From positions 315-64,314 of the forward strand of contig JANMTG010000084.1 in assembly GCA_031390205.1 (NCBI GenBank): a DNA stretch of 64,000 nucleotides, written 5' to 3'. The position numbers and the translations under genes are program-made. Shown one piece after another: positions 10,397 to 22,104 of this stretch. The stretch comes from Gemmatimonadota bacterium (GTDB lineage Bacteria > Gemmatimonadota > Gemmatimonadetes > Gemmatimonadales > Gemmatimonadaceae). The notes beneath the pieces are model-generated. The model ran no database searches. It saw only the letters and a list, made by a program, of their open reading frames with translations, and was not told where the DNA came from. The first letter of the stretch is position 1; each line of letters begins with the position of its first letter.

Positions 10397-11133
10397 TTCA
10401 CATCGATCTCAGCGGCAAGACCGCACTCGTCACCGGAAGTACTCGCGGCATCGGCCGTGCGATCGCCGAGACGTTCATGTCGTGTGGTGCAAGGGTGGCG
10501 GTGGTGGGCCGCGATCTAGAGCGCGCCGAGGTGGCGGCCAGAGAACTCGGAGGCTCCGCTCAGGGCTTCGCCTGTGATGTCAGCGATACCGCGGCGGTTG
10601 CCAGGCTCGTCGCCGATGTGGAGGCCGCGTTCGGCTCCATCGACATCCTCGTCAACAACGCCGGCATTACCCGCGACAATCTCGTCATGCGTCTCAAGGA
10701 CGAAGACTGGGACGCGGTGCAGAACGCAAACCTGCGGGGCGCCTTCGCTGCGATCCGCGCTGTCTCGAGGGGCATGATGAAGCGGCGCTCCGGCCGCATC
10801 ATCAACGTCGCCAGCATCGTCGGTCTGATCGGGAACAAGGGTCAGGCGAACTACGCCGCCAGCAAGGCAGGCCTCATCGCGCTCACCAAGACCGTAGCAA
10901 AGGAGCTCGGCTCGCGGAACATCCTCGTGAACGCGGTCGCGCCCGGATTCATCGAGACGGAGATGACCGCCGCCATGACTCCCGAGGCCCGGGAGGCACT
11001 AGGCAAACAGATTGCACTTGAACGGCTCGGGACCACCAAGGATGTCGCCGCCGCCGTCGCATTTCTCGCCTCCGACCTCGCCTCCTACATCACCGGACAG
11101 GTTTTCGTCGTGGATGGTGGGATGGTTATGTAA
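10393..11133 (+). CDS. fabG: 3-oxoacyl-ACP reductase
   Basis: GTGA overlap with the fabD stop. The supplied ORF from 10102 is an upstream extension. TGSTRGIGRAIA Rossmann motif and the YAASKAG catalytic motif. Confidence 0.92.
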   Translation: MIHIDLSGKTALVTGSTRGIGRAIAETFMSCGARVAVVGRDLERAEVAARELGGSAQGFACDVSDTAAVARLVADVEAAFGSIDILVNNAGITRDNLVMRLKDEDWDAVQNANLRGAFAAIRAVSRGMMKRRSGRIINVASIVGLIGNKGQANYAASKAGLIALTKTVAKELGSRNILVNAVAPGFIETEMTAAMTPEAREALGKQIALERLGTTKDVAAAVAFLASDLASYITGQVFVVDGGMVM

Positions 11134-11198
11134 CTTTCTGTCAGATATTCGCTTAGGTATATTTCACTAAACCCCATAAACACGAGGAAATCCAGCAA

Positions 11199-11438
11199 AT
11201 GGCCGACAATTCCAGCAAGGTCAAGGACATCATCGAGAAAGAGCTCGGCGTGGAGCGCGAGAAGCTCACGAACGAGGCGAGCTTCATCGAGGATCTCGGT
11301 GCGGACAGCCTGGACATCGTGGAGCTCGTGATGGAGTTCGAGAAAGAGTTCAACATCGACATCCCTGACGAGGATGCCGAAAAGCTCCGCACGGTAGGAG
11401 ATGCGCTCGGCTATCTGAACCAGAAGGTCGGAGCGTAA
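11199..11438 (+). CDS. acpP: acyl carrier protein
   Basis: [16 protein letters not shown] phosphopantetheine-attachment motif; 79 aa; GAGGAAA RBS upstream. Confidence 0.96.
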   Translation: MADNSSKVKDIIEKELGVEREKLTNEASFIEDLGADSLDIVELVMEFEKEFNIDIPDEDAEKLRTVGDALGYLNQKVGA

Positions 11439-12685
11439 TGAAGCGAAGGGTCGTCGTCGCTGGCATGGGGGCCATCACCCCGGTGGGAAACGACGTGGCG
11501 ACGACGTGGCGTGCTCTCATCGCGGGCAAGTCCGGCACGGCACCGATCACCAAGTTCGACGCATCTACCTTTCCAGTGAGATTCGCCGCCGAAGTGAAGG
11601 GCTTCAATGCCCTTGACTTCATGGACCGCAAAGAGGCCAAGCGGGCGGACCCTTACACCCAGTACGCCGTCGCCGGCGCGCGCCAGGCAATGACCGATGC
11701 CGGACTTGGTAGCGGACTCAATGGAATCGACCCCGACCGCATCGGCGTGATCATCGGGAGCGGAATCGGCGGCCTCAAGAGTTTCGAGGAGCAGCACGAC
11801 GTCTATCGGGAGCGCGGGGTGGGAAAGATTTCACCCTTTTTCATCCCGATGTTCATTGCCGACATCGCCGCCGGAATCGTCTCGATGCAGTTCAACGCCA
11901 GGGGGCCAAACTACGCTACCGTATCAGCTTGCGCCACCAGTGCTCACGCGATAGGTGATGCCTACCGGACGATCCAGTACGGCGACGCCGACGTCATGAT
12001 CACGGGCGGGGCCGAAGCCACCGTGACCCCGATGGCAATCGGCGGGTTCGCCAATATGAAGGCCCTGTCGGAGCGCAACGACAGCCCCGAAACCGCGTCC
12101 CGACCCTTTGACGCCACCCGCGATGGGTTCGTAATGGGGGAGGGCTCAGGGATTGTCATCCTGGAAGAGCTGGAGCACGCGCTCAAGCGTGGCGCCAGGA
12201 TTTATGCAGAGATCGTGGGATACGGCGCGACCGGCGACGCCTACCACCTGACGGCCCCTGCTCCCGATGGCGAGGGCGCGCAGCGGGCGATGAAGCGGGC
12301 CCTCAACGATGCGGGGCTCACGCCGGCCGATATCCAGTACATCAACGCGCATGGTACGTCGACACCGGCCAATGATTTCAATGAGACGCGGGCAATCAAG
12401 GCGGTATTTGGAGAGGAGGCGACGAAGGTCAACGTCAGTTCCACCAAATCCGCGACCGGTCACATGCTCGGCGCCGCGGGCGCGGTAGAGTTCATCATCA
12501 GTTCGCTGGTGGTCGGCAACGGCGTGATCCCGCCCACAATCAACTACCATCATCCGGACCCGGAGCTGGATCTCAACTACACTCCGAACACCTGTGTCGA
12601 CCGCGAAGTCACTGCGGTGCTCAGCAACAGCTTCGGCTTCGGTGGGCACAACACCACCCTCGCCGTCAAGCGCTTCGAAAGCTGA
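11438..12685 (+). CDS. fabF: 3-oxoacyl-ACP synthase II
   Basis: TAATG overlap with acpP. ACATSAHAIGDA (active-site Cys), NAHGTSTP, SFGFGGHN. Confidence 0.96.
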   Translation: MKRRVVVAGMGAITPVGNDVATTWRALIAGKSGTAPITKFDASTFPVRFAAEVKGFNALDFMDRKEAKRADPYTQYAVAGARQAMTDAGLGSGLNGIDPDRIGVIIGSGIGGLKSFEEQHDVYRERGVGKISPFFIPMFIADIAAGIVSMQFNARGPNYATVSACATSAHAIGDAYRTIQYGDADVMITGGAEATVTPMAIGGFANMKALSERNDSPETASRPFDATRDGFVMGEGSGIVILEELEHALKRGARIYAEIVGYGATGDAYHLTAPAPDGEGAQRAMKRALNDAGLTPADIQYINAHGTSTPANDFNETRAIKAVFGEEATKVNVSSTKSATGHMLGAAGAVEFIISSLVVGNGVIPPTINYHHPDPELDLNYTPNTCVDREVTAVLSNSFGFGGHNTTLAVKRFES

Positions 12686-12690
12686 CCCGA

Positions 12691-13851
12691 ATGAAGCAGG
12701 AGGTCTCGCTCGACCTCGGCCGGATCGCGAACGGAGATTTGAGGGCGATCGGCGAAAAGGTGCTGACCGGGACACGGCTTTCCCAGGCTGACGCGCATTT
12801 CCTGTTCACGTCGCCCGACCTGCTCGGCGTCGGCCTGCTTGCCGATTACGCCAATCGCCGCAAGCACGGCGACGTCGTCACATTCGCCGCGAACCAGCAC
12901 ATAAATCCCACCAACGTGTGCTACCTGCGCAAAACGTGCGTGTTCTGCTCGTTTGCGCGGCTGCCCAAGGAAGAAGGCGCGTACCATTACAGCCTCGACG
13001 AGGTGTACGCCGAAGCCGAAGCTGCCGACAACGGCCTCACGCGGGAATTCCACATCGTTGGCGGTCTCGACATGAAGGCGGGCCTCCAGTACTACAGCGA
13101 GATGTTTCGCGGGCTCAAGGCGCGGCATCCCCAGGTGCACATCAAGGCGCTCACCGCCGTCGAAATCGCCCACATCGCGCGAATCGACAAGATGTCGCTG
13201 GAGGACGTCCTTACGGCGCTGCGCGAGGCCGGTCTCGACACGCTTCCGGGCGGAGGCGCCGAAGTGTTCGGGCGCAGCGTCCGAATGGCGATAGCGGACA
13301 AGAAGCTCGCTGCCGAGGACTGGATCGATGTGCATCGCACCGCCCATCGCCTCGGCATCCGCTCCAACTGCACGATGCTTTACGGCCACGTTGAGACGAT
13401 CCAGGACCGCGTCGATCATCTCTCGATGCTGCGCGATCTGCAGGACGAGTCGGGCGGATTCCTCGCCTACATTCCACTCGCCTACCATCCCGACAACAAC
13501 GAGCTCGGCATCGAGCTCGGTCGGCAGGGAACGGCTACCACCGGCTTCGACGACCTGCGCAATCTCGCGGTCGGCCGTCTCTTCCTCGACAACTTCGATC
13601 ACGTCAAGACTCACTGGATCATGGTCACGCCGTTTCTTTCCCAGACGGCGCTCGCATTCGGAGTGAACGACCTCGAAGGGACGGTCGTCCGCGAGAAGAT
13701 CTATCACGAGGCCGGCGCGCATACGGCGCAGGGGCTCAGCCTCGACGAAATCCTCGACCTGATCAGATCCGCGGGAAAGATTCCCGCCGAGCGCGATTCG
13801 TTCTACAACATCCTGCGCCAGTTCGCCCGGACGGCGGCGGTGGCGGCGTGA
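12691..13851 (+). CDS. mqnE: radical SAM enzyme, aminofutalosine synthase MqnE-like
   Basis: HINPTNVC...CVFCSF cluster region, VGGL...YY...HIKALTAVEI motif pattern, and adjacent mqnA/mqnC. The MqnE-versus-MqnC call rests on remembered family signatures. Confidence 0.72.
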   Translation: MKQEVSLDLGRIANGDLRAIGEKVLTGTRLSQADAHFLFTSPDLLGVGLLADYANRRKHGDVVTFAANQHINPTNVCYLRKTCVFCSFARLPKEEGAYHYSLDEVYAEAEAADNGLTREFHIVGGLDMKAGLQYYSEMFRGLKARHPQVHIKALTAVEIAHIARIDKMSLEDVLTALREAGLDTLPGGGAEVFGRSVRMAIADKKLAAEDWIDVHRTAHRLGIRSNCTMLYGHVETIQDRVDHLSMLRDLQDESGGFLAYIPLAYHPDNNELGIELGRQGTATTGFDDLRNLAVGRLFLDNFDHVKTHWIMVTPFLSQTALAFGVNDLEGTVVREKIYHEAGAHTAQGLSLDEILDLIRSAGKIPAERDSFYNILRQFARTAAVAA

Positions 13852-14678
13852 TGCGCATCGGTCGGATTCCCTACATCAACTGTTACCCGGTGTACGGCGC
13901 CCTCGACCGCGGACTCGTCCAGCTCGATGCGGAGCTGGTGGACGGTGTTCCCACCGACCTCAACCGGCGCATGGCGTCAGGCGAGCTCGACATCAGCGTG
14001 GTGTCGGCGGTCGAGTACGCGCGCGACTCGGAAGGTTATCTGCTGCTCCCCGACCTGGCGATCTCCTGCGACGGTCCGGTGCGAAGTGTCATGCTGTTCT
14101 CCGATCGCCCCGCCTCCGAGCTGTCGCGCAGGCCTGTCATCGTCAGCCGCAGCTCGATGACCAGCGTGGCGCTCCTCGAGCTCCTTTTCGAGCACGTCTG
14201 GCACGCCAAGCCTCACTTCGTCGCGGGCGACGCCGAGCTCAGCGACGTGGTGTCGCACGGCACCGGAGACGCGGACGCGCGCCTGGTCATCGGCGACGCC
14301 GCCCTCCTGCTTGGCTCCCGGCACCGGGCGCGGTATCCCCATTCATACGATCTCGGCGAGATGTGGAAGGAATGGACGGGGCAGCCGTTCGTGTTCGCGG
14401 TTTGGGTGGCGCAGCGGACGACGGACGTGAAGGAAGCGCTGGTCGCCCATTCCGCGCTGATCGAATCGCGGAATTGGGGCCTCGCTCATCTCCCGGAGCT
14501 GGCGCGGCAGGCGCAGCAGGCGACGGGCGTCGAGGAAGACGTGTGCAGGGAGTATCTTTCCGGACTCGATTACGGCCTGTCGTACCCGCATCTGGCGGGG
14601 CTCACCGAGTTCTATCGACGTCTCGTCGAGCGCGGACGCATTCCGAACGGCACTCTCACCTTTCTCCCCGCCGCATGA
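13848..14678 (+). CDS. mqnA: chorismate dehydratase MqnA-like (VitK2 biosynthesis, PBP-like fold)
   Basis: N-terminal IGRIPYINCYPVY motif. Overlaps the mqnE stop (GTGATG) and the mqnC start (ATGA). Could alternatively be MqnD, which belongs to the same family. Confidence 0.72.
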   Translation: MMRIGRIPYINCYPVYGALDRGLVQLDAELVDGVPTDLNRRMASGELDISVVSAVEYARDSEGYLLLPDLAISCDGPVRSVMLFSDRPASELSRRPVIVSRSSMTSVALLELLFEHVWHAKPHFVAGDAELSDVVSHGTGDADARLVIGDAALLLGSRHRARYPHSYDLGEMWKEWTGQPFVFAVWVAQRTTDVKEALVAHSALIESRNWGLAHLPELARQAQQATGVEEDVCREYLSGLDYGLSYPHLAGLTEFYRRLVERGRIPNGTLTFLPAA

Positions 14679-15727
14679 CCGAAGCGCGCGACCTGCTCGA
14701 TTTCTACACTAGCGCGCCGTTGCTCGAGCTCGGCGCCGAGGCCGATCGCATTCGGCAGCAGTTGCACCCGGGCGATACCGTCACCTACATCATCGACCGG
14801 AACATCAACTACACCAACGTGTGCGTGGCGGACTGCGGCTTCTGCGCGTTCGCCCGCCGCCCAAAGCACGGCGAAGGCTACACGTTGTCGTTCGAGCAGA
14901 TCGGCGCCAAGATCGACGAAGCGAAAAGTCTGGGTGGCGTCCAAATACTCATCCAGGGTGGGCACAATCCGTACATCCCGTTCGAATGGTACCTCGACCT
15001 CATGCGGTACATCAAGCGGAATCACCCCATCCACATCCATGGCTTCAGCCCGAGTGAAGTTGATTTTTTCGCCAAGCTGTTCCGAATGGACGCGCTCGAC
15101 GTCATCAGGGAGCTTCGCCAGGCGGGGCTCGATTCCATCCCCGGTGGAGGCGGCGAAATTCTGGTTCAGCGGGTGCGCGACATCGTGGCGCCGAAGAAGG
15201 CCGGGGCCGATCGATGGCTCGAGATCATGGAGCTCGCGCACAACGAGGGGATGAAGACCTCGGTGACGATGATGTACGGCCTCGGAGAAACACTGGCCGA
15301 GCGGCTGGAGCACCTTCAGAGAGTCAGGGAAGTGCAGTCGCGGACGGGTGGGTTTACGGCGTTCATCTGCTGGCCTCTTCAGCCGGAAAACACGCCGACG
15401 ATGTCGCACCAGCCGAAGACGGGAGCGACCGAGTATCTGCGCACGGTGGCCTTTGCGAGAATAGTTCTCGACAACGTCCCGAACCTGCAATCGAGCTGGG
15501 TGACGATGGGGATGAAGATCGGGCAGATCGCGCTCCGCTTTGGCTGCAACGACTTCGGATCCCTGATGATCGAGGAAAACGTAGTGTCGGCCGCCAACAC
15601 TACGAACCGCACGTCGACCGAGGAGATGGAGCGCCTGATCCGGGACGCCGGCTTCACGCCGGCGCGCCGGCGACAGGATTACTCCCTGCTCGAGCCCGGT
15701 GTGGCGGCGCGGGCAGATGCCGCGTGA
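14675..15727 (+). CDS. mqnC: radical SAM enzyme, cyclic dehypoxanthinyl futalosine synthase MqnC-like
   Basis: Start set at the ATG overlapping the mqnA stop (MTEARDLLDF...). NINYTNVCVADCGFCAF (CxxxCxxC), QGGHNP, HIHGFSPSEV. Confidence 0.75.
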   Translation: MTEARDLLDFYTSAPLLELGAEADRIRQQLHPGDTVTYIIDRNINYTNVCVADCGFCAFARRPKHGEGYTLSFEQIGAKIDEAKSLGGVQILIQGGHNPYIPFEWYLDLMRYIKRNHPIHIHGFSPSEVDFFAKLFRMDALDVIRELRQAGLDSIPGGGGEILVQRVRDIVAPKKAGADRWLEIMELAHNEGMKTSVTMMYGLGETLAERLEHLQRVREVQSRTGGFTAFICWPLQPENTPTMSHQPKTGATEYLRTVAFARIVLDNVPNLQSSWVTMGMKIGQIALRFGCNDFGSLMIEENVVSAANTTNRTSTEEMERLIRDAGFTPARRRQDYSLLEPGVAARADAA

Positions 15728-16253
15728 CGCCGGGGCCGGGTCTTCCGCGGAACAACCGGGCGAAGATTATCGAGTTGGAATAGGCTACGACTCTCACCGG
15801 TTCGCACCAGGCCGCCCACTCATACTTGGCGGCGTACGAATCCAGTCGGAGGTAGGACTTGTCGGCCACTCCGACGCGGATGCCGTCTGTCATGCGATCA
15901 CTGACGCGGTTCTTGGCGCGGCGGGTCTCGGCGACATAGGAGAGATGTTTCCCGACAGTGATCCGGCGAACAAGGATCGCGATTCCGTCGAGATGCTCGA
16001 GGCGGCGATCGCGCTGGTTTCCGGCGCCGGTTATGTCGTGCGGCACGTAGACGTAAGCGTGATCGCCGAAGCTCCGCGGATCGCACCAGAGCGCGAGAGA
16101 ATCAGGTCGCGGCTCGCCACCGCCCTTGGTGTCCATTCCTCGGCGGTGAGCGTCAAGGGAAAGAGCAACGAAGGCATGGGCTGGATTGGCCGCGGCGAGG
16201 GGCTCGCTTGCATCGCGGTCGCTACTCTGGTGGGGCGGGGGAAAGGGAAATAG
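15717..16253 (+). CDS. ispF: 2-C-methyl-D-erythritol 2,4-cyclodiphosphate synthase
   Basis: GIGYDSHRF and GHSDADAVCHA motifs. The start is ambiguous (ATG 15717 or GTG 15699) and both overlap the mqnC 3' end. Confidence 0.9.
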   Translation: MPRDAGAGSSAEQPGEDYRVGIGYDSHRFAPGRPLILGGVRIQSEVGLVGHSDADAVCHAITDAVLGAAGLGDIGEMFPDSDPANKDRDSVEMLEAAIALVSGAGYVVRHVDVSVIAEAPRIAPERERIRSRLATALGVHSSAVSVKGKSNEGMGWIGRGEGLACIAVATLVGRGKGK

Positions 16254-16871
16254 ATGCTCGATACGATCATCACCTGGCTGGGCAATCTTCCGGTCGGCAC
16301 CCTTTACGTCGCCATCGCCGGCCTCTCGGCGTTCGAGAACTTTTTCCCGCCGTTTCCATCCGACGGCGTGATCGCCTTCGGCAGCTTTCTCGCTTCCCGG
16401 GCTAACGGCTCTCCGGTCATGGTTTTTCTGCTCGGATGGTTCGGCAACGTAGCCGGCGCGATGGTCACCTACACCCTGGTCCGGCGCTTCGGCTCCGGCA
16501 TGATTCTGACGCGCCTCGAGAAGTACGTGGGCCCGACGGCGGAGAACAGAATGAAGGAGCTGATCGCGAAATACGGGTTCGGGGGATTGTTCGTGAGCCG
16601 GTTTCTGCCCGGAGTGCGCGCCATCGTACCGCCCTTTGCGGGGGCGATGCGCCTGCCCGCATGGAAGGTGTTTCTGGCCGTCGGCAGCGCGTCGGCGGTT
16701 TGGTTCGGCCTTATCACCTTTCTCGCCTTTCGCGCGGGCGACAACTGGGAGCTCCTCCAGCACTATATGCTGCGCTCGGGGCAGTGGGCGGGAGTGATAG
16801 CGGCGGCATTGGTCGCGCTCCTGGCAGGCCTCTGGCTCCGCCGCCGCCGCGAGAGGCAGATGCGTGACTAG
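16254..16871 (+). CDS. DedA/SNARE-associated family membrane protein
   Basis: FENFFPPFPSD signature near the N-terminus and 4-5 hydrophobic helices. Starts directly after the ispF stop. Confidence 0.8.
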   Translation: MLDTIITWLGNLPVGTLYVAIAGLSAFENFFPPFPSDGVIAFGSFLASRANGSPVMVFLLGWFGNVAGAMVTYTLVRRFGSGMILTRLEKYVGPTAENRMKELIAKYGFGGLFVSRFLPGVRAIVPPFAGAMRLPAWKVFLAVGSASAVWFGLITFLAFRAGDNWELLQHYMLRSGQWAGVIAAALVALLAGLWLRRRRERQMRD

Positions 16872-17784
16872 GATTTCCCTCAACGACGCGGTTGCCCGTT
16901 CCTTCTTCGTCGAGCGGTTCGACGATTTTCTGGCGCTGGAGCAGGGCGCGTCGGTCGAGACGAGCAAGGCCTACAAGCTCGACATCGAGCGCTTCGTAAC
17001 GTACGAACACGTGAAGGGCGCAGTCTCGCCGAGCGAGGTCGGAGCGCGCTCCCTACGCGAATACATCTACCACCTCAAGGACCTTGGGCTCGCACCAGCC
17101 TCAATACGGCGCAACATCTCGGCGGTGCGAACCTATTTTAAGTTCCTTCTGGGCGAAGGTCACGTGGTGCGCGATCCGAGCGAGCGGCTGGAGACGCCGA
17201 AGCGGTGGCGCACGCTTCCGGAAGTGCTGGCGGTGGACGAGGTGGAGCGACTGCTTGCCGCACCCTCTCTCGACGAACGTCTCGCCTTTCGCGACCGGGC
17301 GATGCTCGAAGTGGCATACGGCGCGGGACTGCGTGTATCGGAGTGGATATCACTTGGTGTCCGGGACGTGATGCTCCAGGACCACCTGGTTCGCGTTTTC
17401 GGCAAGGGCGCCAAGGAGCGACTCGTGCCGATCGGTCGTCGCGCGATCGGAGCGATCGCGATCTACATGCGCGAGCTGAGGCCGTCGCTGGAGAAAGGAG
17501 AAGGGAAGGGCGTTCTGTTTCTGAGCGCGCGGGGGCAACCGCTGTCGCGCATGGGTGCATGGAAGATTCTCAGGAAGTACGTCGACAAGGCAGGCATCAC
17601 CAAGCCTGTTTCCCCCCACACCCTGCGGCACTCCTTTGCCACTCACCTGCTGGAGGGCGGCGCCGACCTCAGGGCCGTGCAGGAAATGCTGGGTCATGTA
17701 GACATCTCGACCACCCAGATATACACCCACATCGACCGTGAATACCTGCGCAGCGTCCACAAACAGTTCCATCCGCGCTCCTGA
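16864..17784 (+). CDS. xerD: tyrosine site-specific recombinase XerD (Xer family)
   Basis: C-terminal catalytic region HTLRHSFATHLLEGGADLRAVQEMLGHVDISTTQIYTH. The N-terminal SAM-like domain carries FLALEQGAS..T..AY. About 300 aa. Confidence 0.85.
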   Translation: MTRISLNDAVARSFFVERFDDFLALEQGASVETSKAYKLDIERFVTYEHVKGAVSPSEVGARSLREYIYHLKDLGLAPASIRRNISAVRTYFKFLLGEGHVVRDPSERLETPKRWRTLPEVLAVDEVERLLAAPSLDERLAFRDRAMLEVAYGAGLRVSEWISLGVRDVMLQDHLVRVFGKGAKERLVPIGRRAIGAIAIYMRELRPSLEKGEGKGVLFLSARGQPLSRMGAWKILRKYVDKAGITKPVSPHTLRHSFATHLLEGGADLRAVQEMLGHVDISTTQIYTHIDREYLRSVHKQFHPRS

Positions 17785-17807
17785 TCTTGAGCTGGTAGAA
17801 TTATCGC

Positions 17808-18383
17808 ATGCTGCTCGTACTCGACAACTACGATTCGTTCACGTACAACCTCGTGCAGTACCTGGGGGAGCTCGGCGAGGAGCCAGTGGTCCGGCGGAAT
17901 GACGAAATTTCCGTCGAGGATATAGGAGCAATGGGTGTCACCCGCATGGTCATCTCGCCGGGTCCGTGCACACCGTCAGAGGCGGGGATTTCCGTCGAGG
18001 CAATCCGACGCTGGAGCAGCCGGATACCCACGCTTGGCGTATGTCTCGGACACCAGGCCATCGGCCAGGCCTATGGCGGCAAGGTGGTGCGCGCGAAAAG
18101 ACTGATGCACGGCAAGACTTCCCAAATAGTGCATGATGGGACGGGATTGTTCGACGGAGTTCCCAGCCCCCTCGAGGTCATGCGCTATCACTCGCTTGTC
18201 GTCGAGGCAAAATCCCTGCCTGAGGAGATCCATGTGATCGCAAGGGATGTCGATGATCCGGACGAGATTCACGCGATCAGGCATAGCGCACATCCCGTCT
18301 GGGGCGTTCAATTTCACCCGGAGTCCATCCTGACACAGAACGGAAAGGAGATTCTGCGAAACTTTCTGACCCTCACCCGATGA
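17808..18383 (+). CDS. trpG: anthranilate/aminodeoxychorismate synthase glutamine amidotransferase component II
   Basis: LVLDNYDSFTYNLVQYL, the catalytic GVCLGHQ, and C-terminal FHPES. Confidence 0.88.
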   Translation: MLLVLDNYDSFTYNLVQYLGELGEEPVVRRNDEISVEDIGAMGVTRMVISPGPCTPSEAGISVEAIRRWSSRIPTLGVCLGHQAIGQAYGGKVVRAKRLMHGKTSQIVHDGTGLFDGVPSPLEVMRYHSLVVEAKSLPEEIHVIARDVDDPDEIHAIRHSAHPVWGVQFHPESILTQNGKEILRNFLTLTR

Positions 18384-19585
18384 AAAAGCTGGCGACGTTG
18401 CAATGCCTCGCGGCGCTGTTGGCGCACGGAGCGTTCGCGCAGGACACGACAAGGGCGGAGCCCGACACGGCGTACGTCACTTATAGCGATCCTCCGCTCA
18501 CGCTCCCGCTGGGGATTGGACTGCGGACCCCGTCGTACGACCGGGTCAATGGGCTGACGATCCCGTGGGGGCCCAAGCTGACGCTGGGGGAGGACAGGCT
18601 CGAGGTGGACGCCATCGTGAGCTACCGCTCGCATCTCGGAAACTGGGATCCGTCGCTGGAGGGTGTTTTCCGGCCCGGGTATCGTAACGAGATAAAGCTC
18701 TACGTCGGTCGCGGGACGTTCACCAATGATGCGTGGATCCGCTCCGACTTGATCAACTCTGCCGCCGCTCTCTTCGTCGGGAGTGACGCGCGGAACTACT
18801 ACCGCGCCGATCGCGCTACGCTGCGATTGAGCCGGACTTTTACTTCCTCCGCCTTTACGCTCGCGCCTTTCCTGGGCGGTAACTTCGAAAAAGACTGGTC
18901 GACTGGCTCGCTCGATCCGCAAAAAAGTCCGTGGAGTATCTTCGGCCGCACGCACAGGCTCAAGATGCGGCGCCTGAACCCGGCGGTGTGGAAAGGTGAA
19001 ATCACGTCGATACTTGGCGGCAGCGCCGTTGATTTCTTTCGTGGAGAGCTCGATGGAAAACTCGAGGCCACGGTCGAGCACGCCTTCAGGGCCCCATTCG
19101 AGGGCTGTGTGTTCCCGCCCGGGGGGCCCATATGCATTGCGGGGCGGACCTCCTTCACCCAGGCGACTATCCACGGCACAGTCGTCTTCCCAACGTTCGG
19201 TACGCAGACCTTCGCCTTCAGAACACACGCGGTAGTGCCCCGGGACGCCGCTCCTCCGCAGCGCTACGCGTATCTGGGTGGGGCAGGCACGCTCGCTACC
19301 ATAGACCTGCTTGCTATGGGCGGCGACCGCCTCTTCTTCGCCGAGGGAGAATACAAGGTTCCGATCGAGCGGATCATCCTCGGGCCGGTTGGAAGCCCCT
19401 TCGTCGCGCTTCGCTACGCCGCTGGGAGCGCCGGGGTCGGAGAGCTGCCGTCCCTGGTCCAGAATCTCGGGCTCGGTGTCGGAGTCAGCGTCCTCCGCGT
19501 CGATTACAGCATTGATCCGGCAGGGAATCGTTCGCCGTTCTCTCGTCGGTCCGCGTTCTCGCTCGGGGTTTCGCTGCCGTACTGA
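18380..19585 (+). CDS. hypothetical outer-membrane beta-barrel protein
   Basis: ATGA overlap with trpG. Signal peptide MKKLATLQCLAALLAHGAFAQ, alternating beta-strand-like composition, and a C-terminal aromatic residue (...SLGVSLPY) consistent with an OMP beta-signal. No family recognised. Confidence 0.6.
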   Translation: MKKLATLQCLAALLAHGAFAQDTTRAEPDTAYVTYSDPPLTLPLGIGLRTPSYDRVNGLTIPWGPKLTLGEDRLEVDAIVSYRSHLGNWDPSLEGVFRPGYRNEIKLYVGRGTFTNDAWIRSDLINSAAALFVGSDARNYYRADRATLRLSRTFTSSAFTLAPFLGGNFEKDWSTGSLDPQKSPWSIFGRTHRLKMRRLNPAVWKGEITSILGGSAVDFFRGELDGKLEATVEHAFRAPFEGCVFPPGGPICIAGRTSFTQATIHGTVVFPTFGTQTFAFRTHAVVPRDAAPPQRYAYLGGAGTLATIDLLAMGGDRLFFAEGEYKVPIERIILGPVGSPFVALRYAAGSAGVGELPSLVQNLGLGVGVSVLRVDYSIDPAGNRSPFSRRSAFSLGVSLPY

Positions 19586-19603
19586 CGCGCGGCACGGTTT
19601 GCT

Positions 19604-19627
19604 CCCCGGCGTCCGCCGGGGTATATT
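19604..19627 (+). terminator. candidate intrinsic terminator downstream of the OMP gene
   Basis: Perfect GC-rich inverted repeat CCCCGGCG-TC-CGCCGGGG followed by TATATT, lying 19 nt after the stop codon. Confidence 0.4.
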
Positions 19628-19672
19628 GCAAGGCGTGACTTTTCCATGGTGTCGCGCAAAAATGAGCGGGTG

Positions 19673-22103
<2,431 letters not shown>

Positions 22104-22104
22104 C

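Noticed and set aside
16864-17784. Tyrosine recombinase as a marker of an integrated mobile element or prophage.
   Set aside because: Its length and motifs fit housekeeping XerD. It is stitched into the ispF-dedA chain, it is flanked by core genes, and no att-like direct repeats or phage/IS genes are nearby.
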